From assembly GCA_977018835.1 (NCBI GenBank), contig OZ361259.1:1364001-1428000 (forward strand): a DNA stretch of 64,000 bases, given 5' to 3'. The position numbers were made by a program, and so were the translations under genes. Each line of letters starts with the position of its first letter. Positions within the stretch are counted from its first letter, which is position 1. The notes beneath the pieces were generated by a model. It worked only from the letters and a program-made list of their open reading frames with translations. It searched no databases and was not told where the DNA came from. Source of the DNA: Minutocellus sp. GHC0000111. Taxonomy: Eukaryota. Positions 1-10,449 of this stretch are shown here, one piece after another.

Positions 1-164
1 ACGCGTCGGACCTTAATGTCAAACGGCGCATACTTCTTCTTGCATACGGGGATGCCAATGGTCTCTCGTCCCTTCCATGCGTCGGCGTGCACGTTCCACT
101 TCTCGTTGGCGGCGTGGATGGCCTTGGACTGGGCCGACGTGGTGGCGGCCGACTTGGCGAACAT
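1..164 (-). CDS. 5' part of hypothetical protein (inverted copy of 15101-15703), cut by window edge
   Basis: Reverse complement of 15101-15264; reading frame open to the edge. Confidence 0.6.
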   Translation of the reverse strand, partial: MFAKSAATTSAQSKAIHAANEKWNVHADAWKGRETIGIPVCKKKYAPFDIKVRR

Positions 165-2110
165 GGATCCGCCGTAGAGTTCTCCGCCGATCCTTACCGG
201 ATAGCCGCATACGAATCCCAGTGGTACTCTGGAGTTGGAGTAGATAGAAGAAGGAAAAAGAAGAGGGAGGGTGAGAAATAATTCGAAGAGATGCGGGTGG
301 CTTGCTTTTCGTCGAAATGAGGTGGCGCACTTTTTACTGTTGTAGAATGTATGTTAAATCTTTCGATAGAGGCCGGCCATGCGCCGCCCACGTGGCACTT
401 CAGTGAAGTTTCTCCTGCATGTTGGCCTGGTTTTGAATGCCAAGCTACTAGAAGGTATGCCGGCCATGCTACCAAGGTGCTTTCTAATGGGCAGGATCAC
501 GTTAGCTGATCCGCCTTGTATCGTCGTGCATCGATTGGGCGTAAATTGAAAAATCAGCACAAGACGTGCTTGGACTGAAAACTCGAGGCCGAAAATACAT
601 ATTGCTTTCCTTCCCTGTTTGCTTTCAGCTCTCCTGAGTCCCTGCCTCGCTGCCTCATGCTACGTATGACTCTACTGATAATGCGCCCATGCGCTCGTGT
701 GTGCCACGGGAGTGCTCGGTCTATCAAAATTGTCAGCAACTATCGAGATTCATTTCGGTCGTGGAGGCAGGCAGTCCAATCCCAAAAGTACACGCAGGAA
801 AACTCACCTGTCTGGGATAGCCGATGCGGCCACCTTGGATCAGTCAGAGGGGAGGATGCCGTAGTCCTGGCCGTACAGGACATCGTCGTCGTCGCGGGCA
901 GCGGAACGGCGTGAGGAGCGGCGGGTGCCCAGGGACTGCTCGGCCTTGCGCTTGGAACGGCGGTGTCCGGCCATGCTTTGCTTGCGTGTGTTGTGGAGAA
1001 AGAGCACAAAAGGCGAGCAAAAATGAAGCGACGGAATTTCGTCGAAGCGAGGGTCTGTCCGTCGACATCATGCCACGTCGCCGACGGCGAACTCCACGGG
1101 CCGCGCTGCTACGTACTTCGTACGTAGCGTAACAATAGAGAGTGCTTATTGCTTGCTTGCTTGCTTGCTTGCCGAGAAAGAGCTCGAGAAGGCGAAGGTC
1201 GCGGCTGGCTGGGTCACGGCAGTCAGCACGCTTACCGCAATACCGGTGCCTATGATACCTCGCATCGCTATAAAGATGGCGCCCGAGCCTTCGAATGATG
1301 CCAAACCAGTGGCAGAGGCAGGCGACCGGCACACACTGCCCCATGAACCGCCGTTTACGTACCGGCACAATGTAATCGACGGAATCGTCCATCCGGCCAT
1401 GGTCTCGCAGGAGCAAGTAGACTTTGTACGCCAATTGTTCCCCTTTCGAGATGGCGATATAATGCTTGCCACGTATCCAAAGTCCGGCACAACCTGGACA
1501 CAGTCCATCATCAAACATCTGCTCAACTTCGACGAGGACGTCAAGGTGGTCGATGCCGTGCCGTGGTTGGAACGGCTGCCTTCTCCCGATTGCGACGAGG
1601 TCAAGGCGGCGATGGAACTGGCATGCCAACCTCGGTGCTTCAAGACCCACACACCATGGGAATCGATTGCCAAATCTCGTGATGGGGTCAAGCTGAGATA
1701 TATCTTTGTGGCGCGCAACGCCAAGGACGTGTGCGTATCTCTCTACCATCATGCGAGGGCATTTCAGTCATTTGCGTATGAGGGCGATTTTGATCATTTC
1801 TTCCAGATGTATCTGCATGGTGAAGTGGAGAGCGGTTCTTGGCTGGATTTCAATTTGGATTTCTATGAACAGCATGTGCAAAATCCCGAAGATGTGCTGT
1901 TCTTGACCTACGAGGATATGCATTGCAATCCCGTGGAAAATGTAATGCAAACTGCCAAGTTTATGAATGTGGAATGTACCGAGGAACGAGCAGAGGATAT
2001 CGCCCAAAAGACGACGTTCCATAAATTGAAGAATGATACATCGTGTAACTATTGTTGGGCGAATCACAGGAGGAATGAGGGTGAAACAGCCTTCATGCGC
2101 AAGGGTGAGG
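1..2110. repeat. Block A: inverted segmental duplication, partner 13155-15264; extends beyond left window edge
   Basis: Position p pairs with 15265-p. 1-24 is the reverse complement of 15241-15264, and 2101-2110 AAGGGTGAGG of 13155-13164. The ORF track is mirrored identically. Confidence 0.97.
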
Positions 2111-2223
2111 TGGGAGATTACAAAAACTACATGAGCGAAGATCAGGAGCGATTAATAGAGGAGAAGATGATTCGTCCGGCAGCGGAGAGAGGGTTTGTAA
2201 TCAAAGAGAATTCGCACACTTAG
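1276..2223 (+). CDS. Cytosolic-type PAPS-dependent sulfotransferase (Sulfotransfer_1)
   Basis: Motifs ATYPKSGTTW (5'-PSB), FKTH, RNAKDVCVSLYHH (3'-PB), YEDM and FMRKGEVGDYKN. First well-placed ATG taken at 1276 (MAPEPS). Confidence 0.93.
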   Translation: MAPEPSNDAKPVAEAGDRHTLPHEPPFTYRHNVIDGIVHPAMVSQEQVDFVRQLFPFRDGDIMLATYPKSGTTWTQSIIKHLLNFDEDVKVVDAVPWLERLPSPDCDEVKAAMELACQPRCFKTHTPWESIAKSRDGVKLRYIFVARNAKDVCVSLYHHARAFQSFAYEGDFDHFFQMYLHGEVESGSWLDFNLDFYEQHVQNPEDVLFLTYEDMHCNPVENVMQTAKFMNVECTEERAEDIAQKTTFHKLKNDTSCNYCWANHRRNEGETAFMRKGEVGDYKNYMSEDQERLIEEKMIRPAAERGFVIKENSHT

Positions 2224-2301
2224 ATGACCTACGTAAGATTTTTTTTTCTTCTTCTAGCATGTGCTCTTTTGCGATACCCTCCTATCACAAAGTGTTGTAA
2301 A

Positions 2302-3199
2302 TTAAAACTGGCCCTCGACATAGGAACCAAAAAGCAATTGTTTTTCTGCTTGCTCTCTTTCCTCACTCCATTCAGCTTTCAAAACTTCGTCATGCGCTTT
2401 TTCGATTTCTTCCATATCAAGTATACAGCCAGGGGGGAAATTATTCAAGTTTCGTAGAAGTCCGAGAGCTTCTGAATCGCCTCCTCTCGCGGCAATGGAA
2501 AGATGAATTTTGGCTTTCCTTCTATCCCATTTTTCCGAGAAGTAATAACTACCCAGCTGAAAATGCGCCGTCGCGGAGCCCATTTTGCAAGCTATCCCGG
2601 ACAGCCGTGTCGCCAAGGCTCGGTCTTCGTTTATCCCTTTTCCGTTGAAAGCCATGGCAGCGAGACTGTCGAATGCATCGGCATATTTCATCTCGGCAGC
2701 ACGCAAGAAAAGAGTAAGAGCCTGTAAGTCGTCAGTTTGCAAGCAGCTGAAATTACCGTCCTTGTAGGCCGCACCGAGATTATAAATCGAACCAACGCTG
2801 CCTTCCTCTGCTCGCTTCCGGAGCTTGTTCAGTTCTTCTTCCTCTGTGCAGCTTGCTGTAGGCGACCGGCAAAAGGGACAGCTAAAGTTTCGCCGTTCGA
2901 TGTTGCTCTGTGCGATAAGACAGCCGGTGCATATGTTGTTGCCACAGCAGGCCTGGTACGAGACCCCGCCATCCCTGTGCCTTGGCATCGATAGGAAGCA
3001 AACAGGGCAGTCCTCTGCCTTGGCTGGGGGGGGTGAACTCGTCAACATGTTGGAGGTCCTTCTCCAACTTCTCGACAAGTGCGACGATTCCAGCCTCAAT
3101 TTCTCTGAACGCGGCTGCCCTTTCTCTCCGTGCCTTGCCGGGACCTTGCTTGGCCCTGCCATCGCTGACCTTTCCTGAACGTTTGCCCTTCTTTCCCAT
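2302..3199 (-). pseudogene. Zn-finger (RING-like) + Sel1-repeat protein with one frameshift in a G8 tract at 3026-3033
   Basis: EDCPVCFL, YQACCGNNICTGC, CPFCRSP, then Sel1-like helices (YNLGAAY, AHFQLGSYY, HLSIAARGG). The MGKKGK start frame (3199) joins this frame if the C8 run is C7; may be a homopolymer error. Confidence 0.78.
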
Positions 3200-3456
3200 G
3201 ATTTACAACTGCTTCCTACTGCCCTTTGGTGTAAGTACGCGCAAATAAATGAGCACGCGGCTTCAGCGCGGCTTTCCATTCCTCGCGCCTTGCCTTCCTG
3301 CCGCCTTCGCGACGAATGCCAGACCGTCTTCTACAATTTCCTCATTCCTCATTTTTCTCTTTTCTCTGCTCAAATGGCGAAGAATGGCCACCGGCGCCGG
3401 TATCGGTAACAACTACTACGTACGACATCCTCTCACCAACTGCACACATACCAAAG

Positions 3457-4563
3457 ATGAAGAACTCGGAGGCTCTCACCCTGGCCCAGGCGGCCGACCC
3501 CTCCATCACCTCCGTATCCTCCACCAGCCACATCGCAAGCCTCTGGGCGGGGATGGGCCAAATCATCCGCGTGCAATGCCAAACGTCACCGGGGACCAAG
3601 AGGACCATTATTGCCAAGCACATCCGATGCAAGAATCCACGATCGTTCGGGGACAGGCGCAAGGCGGCGTCGTATCACGTTGAGGCGGCATTCTATTCCA
3701 AATATTCGGCCGAGCCATCCGACAAGCATATATGCTGCAAAGGTCTGCACGTTGAAGATGAGAGCAGCGGGAAGAACGGCGAGGCCGAAATCACCATCGT
3801 CATGACGCCGCTGCCCAACAATACCATTCATTATATGGACGGCGATGCTGCCAAGGCGGCGGTACGATCGGTGGCACGTCTCCACGCACATTTCTGGGGC
3901 CAAGCCAAATCTAATGCCGCAGTTCAGAATGGGCTGGCATCGCAGGGCTGCTACTCGGCCAGATGAGTTTGACGGCATGCCCCGGCATGGCCTGTCGGGC
4001 AAGTTGAAGAAGGCAGCGCGCGATATCGACGAAGTACTCAAGTCCCACCCATATCAGACGGTCTGTCACGGAGATTTGAAGAGCTGCAATATGAGCATTA
4101 GCGATGATCCCCGATACGTTACCCTGGTGGACTTTCAGTACGTCGGAAAGGCATGCTGCGCCAAGGATCTGGCCTCTCTGTTCGTTTGCGGCATGGACGT
4201 GGAAGATGATTTCGAGAAGAGACAGGAGGCAGAGATGTTGGGGTTGTATATCGATGAGCTGAAAGCCAACGGCGTCGGAAGTGATGGCCGTGGCGACAGC
4301 CCTTTACCGACGATGGATGGACTCAGAGATGCGCTGGACCTTGCATATTGTGACCTCTATAGATGGATGTTGGGGTGGGGTATATGGTAAGATTGTGCGC
4401 AACGATCCTGACATGGAACTTCTTTTTTCATTGATCATCTTCTCTCATACTTTCTTCTTGCTTCTTCTTCTTCTTCACCTCTACAATTCGTTTTGAAAGG
4501 GGAAATGGCTTTCTACAGGAGAGAGTGGAGAAGTCCCTTGATCAAATTCTGGAAAATATTTGA
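3457..4563 (+). pseudogene. EcKinase/APH-choline-kinase-like phosphotransferase, frameshifted near 3950; intron 4387-4499
   Basis: SLWAGMG, SYHVEAAFY, ARLHAHFW, then CHGDLKSCN and VDFQYVG in another frame. GTAAG...AAAG intron gives last exon WGNGFLQERVEKSLDQILENI*. Confidence 0.8.
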
Positions 4564-4937
4564 GATGATTACTTTGTACAGAAAAACGTAAAATGATTTT
4601 ATTTTATTCGTTTTTTTTTGGGTGCCGTTGCTGGTGTGGTGCCACATGTACTTACATACCACAGTACCTAGCTAGCTACGTAGGGACCTTCATCGTCGTT
4701 GCAGGCGGCGGTGTCTTCACCCATGTCGAGAATTTCCTCATGTTGTGCTTGTTATTTCTCGGCCGTTTTATTGTGAAAAACACTGACTACTGTTCTCGGT
4801 GCATCGGGGTATTCGAATCTATCTTCGTAGCTCCAGGTTAATGTAGGAGAGAGCGTTGGAAACATCTTTTCTAATTGTGTTCTAATTGTGATATGTCAAT
4901 CATAGCTTTTTATTTTTTTTATGTTGCTGTGATTCTT

Positions 4938-5297
4938 TCACTTCAATTCCTCCTCAAGCAATGCGCCAAACGCAAATAGGTGGCATTCCTTGTTGTTGAT
5001 GCGGCCGGAAGCATCTGGTCGCAACGTGTTGCTCCGCCTGCTTCCTTTGGCTCCTTCGAATTTGCTTTTAACGTAGTCGCGCTTTCCCTCAACTTGCTCA
5101 GAGTCGACAGTGTCATTTAAATTGGCGTAGAAGAAGGCGGTTGCGGAATGGCTGTTGATTGAGCTCTGTGTGATCTCTGGCATTTGGCTACCGTCGATGA
5201 CAGCGGCGGTGGCGTCATTTCTTTGGCGGATCCGACGAAAGGACTTGTTATCGAAAGTAGCAAGAGTGAGGGCGTTGTTGTTGGTTGGTCTGCACAT
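4938..5297 (-). CDS. Small uncharacterised protein, 'PDAxGRIxxKECH' family member 1
   Basis: 119 aa; CCACC-ATG context; motifs conserved with 5903-6265 and 43081-43476. Confidence 0.75.
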   Translation of the reverse strand: MCRPTNNNALTLATFDNKSFRRIRQRNDATAAVIDGSQMPEITQSSINSHSATAFFYANLNDTVDSEQVEGKRDYVKSKFEGAKGSRRSNTLRPDASGRINNKECHLFAFGALLEEELK

Positions 5298-5534
5298 GGT
5301 GGACTTGTTGATTATGTGTTGGGTATTTTAGCTAGCTACGTAATACTATGTAATAGGAGAGACGGTAATCTTTGAGTCTTTGTTGTGCATGAGCTTACAG
5401 GTAAAAAAGTGAAAAGTGACAAGCAAACGCAATGCCAAGTACATGTTGTTGTGTGCGGAGGCGAGACGAGCAGCCATACGCTCTCACACACCTCGGCGAA
5501 GTGCCGGGGAGTCTCCCGGGGGCGTCTTAGTCGT

Positions 5535-5580
5535 GTGGCCTGTTTTTGCGGCCTCTTTTTGTGGCCTGTTTTTGCGGCTC
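5535..5580. promoter_or_regulatory. 13-bp tandem repeat (G[TC]GGCCT[GC]TTTTT x3.5) in the spacer of a divergent gene pair
   Basis: GTGGCCTGTTTTT-GCGGCCTCTTTTT-GTGGCCTGTTTTT-GCGGCTC seen directly; regulatory role is inferred. Confidence 0.4.
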
Positions 5581-5902
5581 AGAAACTCCGAACTTAGGCC
5601 TTTTTCATGACGAACGGCCAAAATCATTTCGTTCCTCTCATTCCTATGACGCAAAAAGAAAGTGAAAAAAGGCTACGACGAGCTATTGTTGAAGCTGCAA
5701 TAAGTGTAAGACCAAATAACTATGCCCCCGATCTGTGTGCGAAAGTCAAAAAGGCACACAACATGGCGCACGACAAATCCACACAACAACAGCCAAAACA
5801 AGCTCTCAGATCGTCTCACTTTTCATACAGTTGAACCAAACCAAAGCAAATCCAAGCATTACTCCTACTTCCACAAACACCCACTAACTTTATTCAATCA
5901 AA

Positions 5903-6265
5903 ATGTGCAGCCCAACCATCATCATGAACAACAACGACATTGCCGTCTCTTGCAAATTCCTTCGTCGTGTCCGCCGACGAAGCCCCACCACTGTCGTTCA
6001 GGACACTACCACACGAGAATTTGACACCACGATGACTGCCGAATCCACCTATTTCGACTTCCAGGGCAAGATCAACGATTGCGATGTTGCCGAAGACGAA
6101 CAGATGGATACTGTCAAGCGCGTCGAGACGAGGAGAAGAGCAGCTCACCACAACGGCGCCGCTCGTCGTTCCCGACCGGACGCCAAGGGCAGGATCAACG
6201 GCAAGGAATGCCACGCCTTTGCTTTTGCGGCAATGTTTGAAGAGGCGATTGCCGACGATTTGTAG
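5903..6265 (+). CDS. Small uncharacterised protein, 'PDAxGRIxxKECH' family member 2
   Basis: 120 aa; CAAA-ATG context; RRVRRRSPT and RPDAKGRINGKECHAFAF. Confidence 0.75.
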   Translation: MCSPTIIMNNNDIAVSCKFLRRVRRRSPTTVVQDTTTREFDTTMTAESTYFDFQGKINDCDVAEDEQMDTVKRVETRRRAAHHNGAARRSRPDAKGRINGKECHAFAFAAMFEEAIADDL

Positions 6266-6511
6266 GCTATCCATACATTTTATATATTAGATATCGAAAT
6301 TGATCAACAACACAATACCACGTAGTAATTTATGATACGATTGTAGATTCTGTGTGTATCATGACATTTCTTGATGCTGAGGCTACGTGCACGCGATGAT
6401 ATGTCACTGCATTGGCAATGGGAGCATGCCATACTCTCAGAGCCATAACCTCCATCTACTGTTGAGAGACAGATGTCATGTTATAAAGGCAAGCAAGAGC
6501 AACATCTTGAG

Positions 6512-7290
6512 CTACCGGAAAAACTGTTCGGCGTAGTCTCTCCCCAGCCCGCATTCTTCGTACCAGTCCCTGGCCTTTTCCAACTTTGTGAATACATCAT
6601 CGTAGCCTGTCACCTCCCCACTTTCTGGATCGACATAGATCAGAGCTCCCGTTACTGCATTTTATTTATAAGAAGAAGCGATTGAGGTGAGGGGTTTGAC
6701 GATTTATGCAGCAAGTTCAACTTGAAACTTAATGAGAAAATCATGCAAAACGTACCATGGAACATTGCCACCATTTCGTCGCAATCTTCGTCAACAATGA
6801 GGCTATGAGTCTCGCCAGGAGGTTCGAACACATACGTGCCAGGCTTGGCATTCCAGTCATGCTCCTTGTACCCCCAGCTCCCCTTGAGCGTCAGTGCGTG
6901 TACCGGGCTCGGATGGCGGTGGCAGCCGAGAACGCCGCCTCCCTTGAACTTGAGTAGATTGACATAGTAGCCCTGGCTGACGCAGAAGCAAAGCGGACGG
7001 AACGACAGGCACTCCGTTTGAGGGACCCATACGCGTGGATCCTCTTCCTCCCCGTCCAAATCGATGTTGGCATCGGCAAAGATCCCGCCAGTAAATACGT
7101 TTGGAATCACAATGTCAGACAATGCACCTTCCGGGGCTGCTTTCAAAGGGCTGACGCAGGATTCTTTCCTTTCACCTGCTCTGCGCACAGCGCGTGTTTG
7201 ACAATCTGGACGCACTGGTGCCGGAACAAAGGACAATGCTTGCTGCGCAAGCGGAAGGAACGCCAATATCAATCTCAGCAGAGCAGTCAT
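6512..7290 (-). CDS. 2,4'-dihydroxyacetophenone dioxygenase-like (ChrR-type) cupin with probable plastid presequence; intron 6655-6755
   Basis: CHRHPSPVHALTLKGSWGYKEHDW and VFEPPGETHSL. GTACG...TGCAG intron restores the tail VTGALIYVDP...YDDVFTKLEKARDWYEECGLG. Signal peptide ends ALS-FVP. Confidence 0.87.
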
Positions 7291-7594
7291 GTTCGTCAGC
7301 GGGTTTGTATCCGAAATTTATTTCACAACAAAAAGGAGGAAGATTCTGTTCCTGGAGCAGGAGCCAACCTAATCACGTACACAATTTAACCCTTGCTATT
7401 GCGATATTGACTTTCTTTCGCTTGATATGGTCTTGGTATAAAACGCTTCCTGCCGCCTTCTCCCCGTCTTTGTGATATCGAACCAGGCGAGGCAGGGCTT
7501 GTTGAAGTTGCGTTGCTGATCGAGACGGGTGGCGGCCAGACAGGCTAATCAAAACCGTTAAATTTAGCGGCAAAAGCAACGACCACATCCCACC

Positions 7595-8687
7595 ATGGCG
7601 AAGAGCAAGACCAAGTTCTACGCGGTGGCCGCGGGACGCAAACCGGGCATTTACTTGACGTGGGTGGACTGCGAGCGGCAGGTGAAGGGCTTCAGCGGCG
7701 CCAGATTCAAGAGCTTCAAGACCAGAGAGGAGGCATCATTATTTGTCGGCGGTGCTGGCAAGCAAGCGGCACGAGGAGTTGCGTCAGCAGTTGCGCCTCG
7801 ATCGGATGCATCAGCCGCTGCTGCTCGTACGAGTAATCCGGGTGCGAAACGACAATATTCTTCTTCTGTAGAGAAGAGGTCGGCGGCATCTTCGAGATAT
7901 TCTGCGCCGCCTGCTCCCAAGCGACCGAGGAAATCTGCCAATGACAACAACGCAAAATTATAATGGCGTCATCATTACAGTCTCCTTTGATGGCGGGGCG
8001 AGAGGAAATCCAGGCGTGGCCGGCGCCGGTGCCGTGATTACAAGCCAAATTAATGGAGAAGATACCAGCCAAGTGGTCAAAATACGGCAATACTGTGGTC
8101 CCAATGCCACCAACAACGTTGCCGAGTACACCGGCCTGTTGCTTGGATTGCGGACGGCCAAGGATTTTGCGGAGAAATACTTGAGGGATGCAAGCAAAAC
8201 AAAAACCGGGGCGTCTGCCGCAGCTGTATCGCTGACTTCTTCGGTGCGAACATTGCTACCTATCGACATTCGAATCAACATTCGGGGAGACAGCGACTTG
8301 ATCATCAAGCAGATGAACGGACAGTATCAATGCAAGAATGCCAAGCTGATGCCTTTGTATGATGATTGTCGTTCCATCGCATCACAGCTCAAGATGATGG
8401 AACATGGGAATTCGAACATGCAAGGCGTCGATGCAGGTAAAAAATGCCGTGTATCGATCGACATGTCGCACGTGTACCGGAACGACAACAAGGTGGCCGA
8501 TGCACTGGCCAACGAGGCGATGGACGAACGCAGAAGTTGGAGGAGCGAATTTGTGCGACATGCCGATGGACAGGAGGATGAGGTGGTTGGTGATGATACA
8601 GGTAGTGACAAGCAGAAGAGCGGTAATAATGGTGGGAAGGAAGAAGGAGAGAAGAAGAAAAGTGCAGAGGTGATCGAGATTGTTTGA
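7595..8687 (+). CDS. Ribonuclease H1 (hybrid-binding domain + archaeal/plant-type RNase HI), split across two frames near 7955
   Basis: KFYAVAAGRKPGIYLTW...FKSFKT, then FDGGARGNPG, TNNVAEY, GDSDLIIKQMNG and HVYRNDNKVADALAN. Confidence 0.85.
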
Positions 8688-9178
8688 TTAGATCTAGTAC
8701 GGATGGGGGCAAGCAAAAGAGATGCTGCTGGCTGGAAAATTTTGGTGCCGAAACGGGATTGATTTGATCGCCATCCGGTCCCGACAAATTTGCCTGCGTA
8801 CCTATCGTCGTAACTCAGATAAACACGATTCTCCAAACACTTATGCCTTGACATTTGAGTTTCTGAAAGCCCGGCGTGGTGTCAAATATGCGCTAAAATC
8901 GCGGTCTTATGCATCTCAAAGTACGACTTATGCCAGCCACACAGCGCGGACATTTATTGATTGCACATTGCCCGCGCCCATAACCAAAGGAGGCAATGGA
9001 ACCTTGCCCCGTGCTGTGCTTTCATTCCCATTCACATCTGTTCCTCACGCAATAACTAATACACTCTCATAATTCCTGCGAGACGAAAGACCTGGCTGAA
9101 GCGCAAAAGATACGCCTGAACTACATAGCAGAGTGCCCCTCATTCTTGACAACTACAGAACACATTCTATAATCAGCC

Positions 9179-10288
9179 ATGCCCTCCCTGTCGATGCAAA
9201 CCATCTCGCCGTTGTCGTTCACGGCCGAGACCGACGATTCCTCCTCCGTGGACAGCAGCAGCTGCGACGACAGTTCCTCCGAGGAGTTCTTCTGCCCGTG
9301 CAGCCTCACCGCAAAGACCCAACCCAACGGCCAGCCCACCCAGGACACCCTCGACCGGGTCATGTCGCACTACAACGTGATGCGGTTGCAGGAAACTAGG
9401 ACGTACCGTGCCAAGGACTTTCTTTCGCGAAGGTCCTCTGGAGCTACTACTGCCCCGAGCAACAATAAATCTTCCAGCGGCAGCCCCATCGACGCCGCCT
9501 GCCGCGCCAAGATGGTGGCCTGGTGCTACCAGGTCACCGATTACTGCACCTTCTCCCGCTCCACGGTCGAGGTGGCCATGTCTCTTTTGGACAGATTCCT
9601 ATCGCACGCCTCCCCCTCCAACCTCATTGCACAAAAATGCCGCACAAGCCGCAAGACGTACCAGCTCGCCGCCATGACGGCGCTGTGCACTTCCATCAAG
9701 ATTATCGAGCCGGCGGTATTCGATCCCGCCATCATTGCCAGCTTGGGCAGGGGATGCGTCACCGAATCCCAGGTGGTGGAGATGGAACGACATTTGCTCG
9801 CCGGTGTGGGTTGGAACGTCAACCACCCCACGGCCGCTGGTCTGCTTTACTCCCTGGTGGATCTTCTACCCTCCCCACCCTCCACGGCCACCGAGGAAGA
9901 TAGGACGCGCCACGCCCAGATCAAGGCCAACATCCTCACCCTGTCCCTGTACCAGACCGGGCTGGCCATCAGCGAGTACAATTTTGTCCCCGTCCGATCG
10001 TCCACCATCGCCCTTGCGGCGCTCATCAACACCGTCCATGCCATGGAGGAGCTCCTCCCCGAAAACATGGTCACCTCCTTTCTACGACAGGTGCAATTCG
10101 TCACCGGTTTGGATCTGTGCCACAGCCCAACATTGGACGAGGTGATGGATCGCCTGAGCGAGCTGGTCGACGATCACGTCGTCGATAGTAAATCTCATGT
10201 AAACAAACACATGACATGCGTTTTTTATAGAAAAAAGGATGCCCGCGGAAGAAGTGTCCTTGTTTTCAACAATGAAAAGAGAAATTAG
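9179..10288 (+). CDS. Cyclin (diatom-specific cyclin-like)
   Basis: Cyclin box RAKMVAWCYQVTDY...VAMSLLDRFLS...YQLAAMTALCTSIK...EMERHLLAGVGWNVNHPT, plus cyclin C-terminal helices. Confidence 0.9.
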   Translation: MPSLSMQTISPLSFTAETDDSSSVDSSSCDDSSSEEFFCPCSLTAKTQPNGQPTQDTLDRVMSHYNVMRLQETRTYRAKDFLSRRSSGATTAPSNNKSSSGSPIDAACRAKMVAWCYQVTDYCTFSRSTVEVAMSLLDRFLSHASPSNLIAQKCRTSRKTYQLAAMTALCTSIKIIEPAVFDPAIIASLGRGCVTESQVVEMERHLLAGVGWNVNHPTAAGLLYSLVDLLPSPPSTATEEDRTRHAQIKANILTLSLYQTGLAISEYNFVPVRSSTIALAALINTVHAMEELLPENMVTSFLRQVQFVTGLDLCHSPTLDEVMDRLSELVDDHVVDSKSHVNKHMTCVFYRKKDARGRSVLVFNNEKRN

Positions 10289-10449
10289 ATCTGGTACTCA
10301 AGTTTAGTTGGAACTACATATTGGAGTACATGGATCAATACATGTGTTTTTACATGAAGTGGTTTTTAATGGTTATGTATGTACAAAATTGCTTCTGTCG
10401 TTGGCGCACAGCTCCGTTGCGAACTGTGGTCCAACATCAACACTCCTAC

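Noticed and set aside
844..1752. 302-aa antisense ORF (and its copy 13513-14421)
   Set aside because: Shadow frame of the sulfotransferase; no motifs.
6512..7290. Cupin as the cysteine oxidase for the Met-Cys proteins
   Set aside because: Motifs are DAD/ChrR-type rather than PCO/ADO-type, and it carries a plastid-type presequence.
7595..8687. RNase H as part of a retroelement or caulimovirus insert
   Set aside because: No RT, integrase, gag or LTRs nearby; the architecture matches cellular RNase H1.
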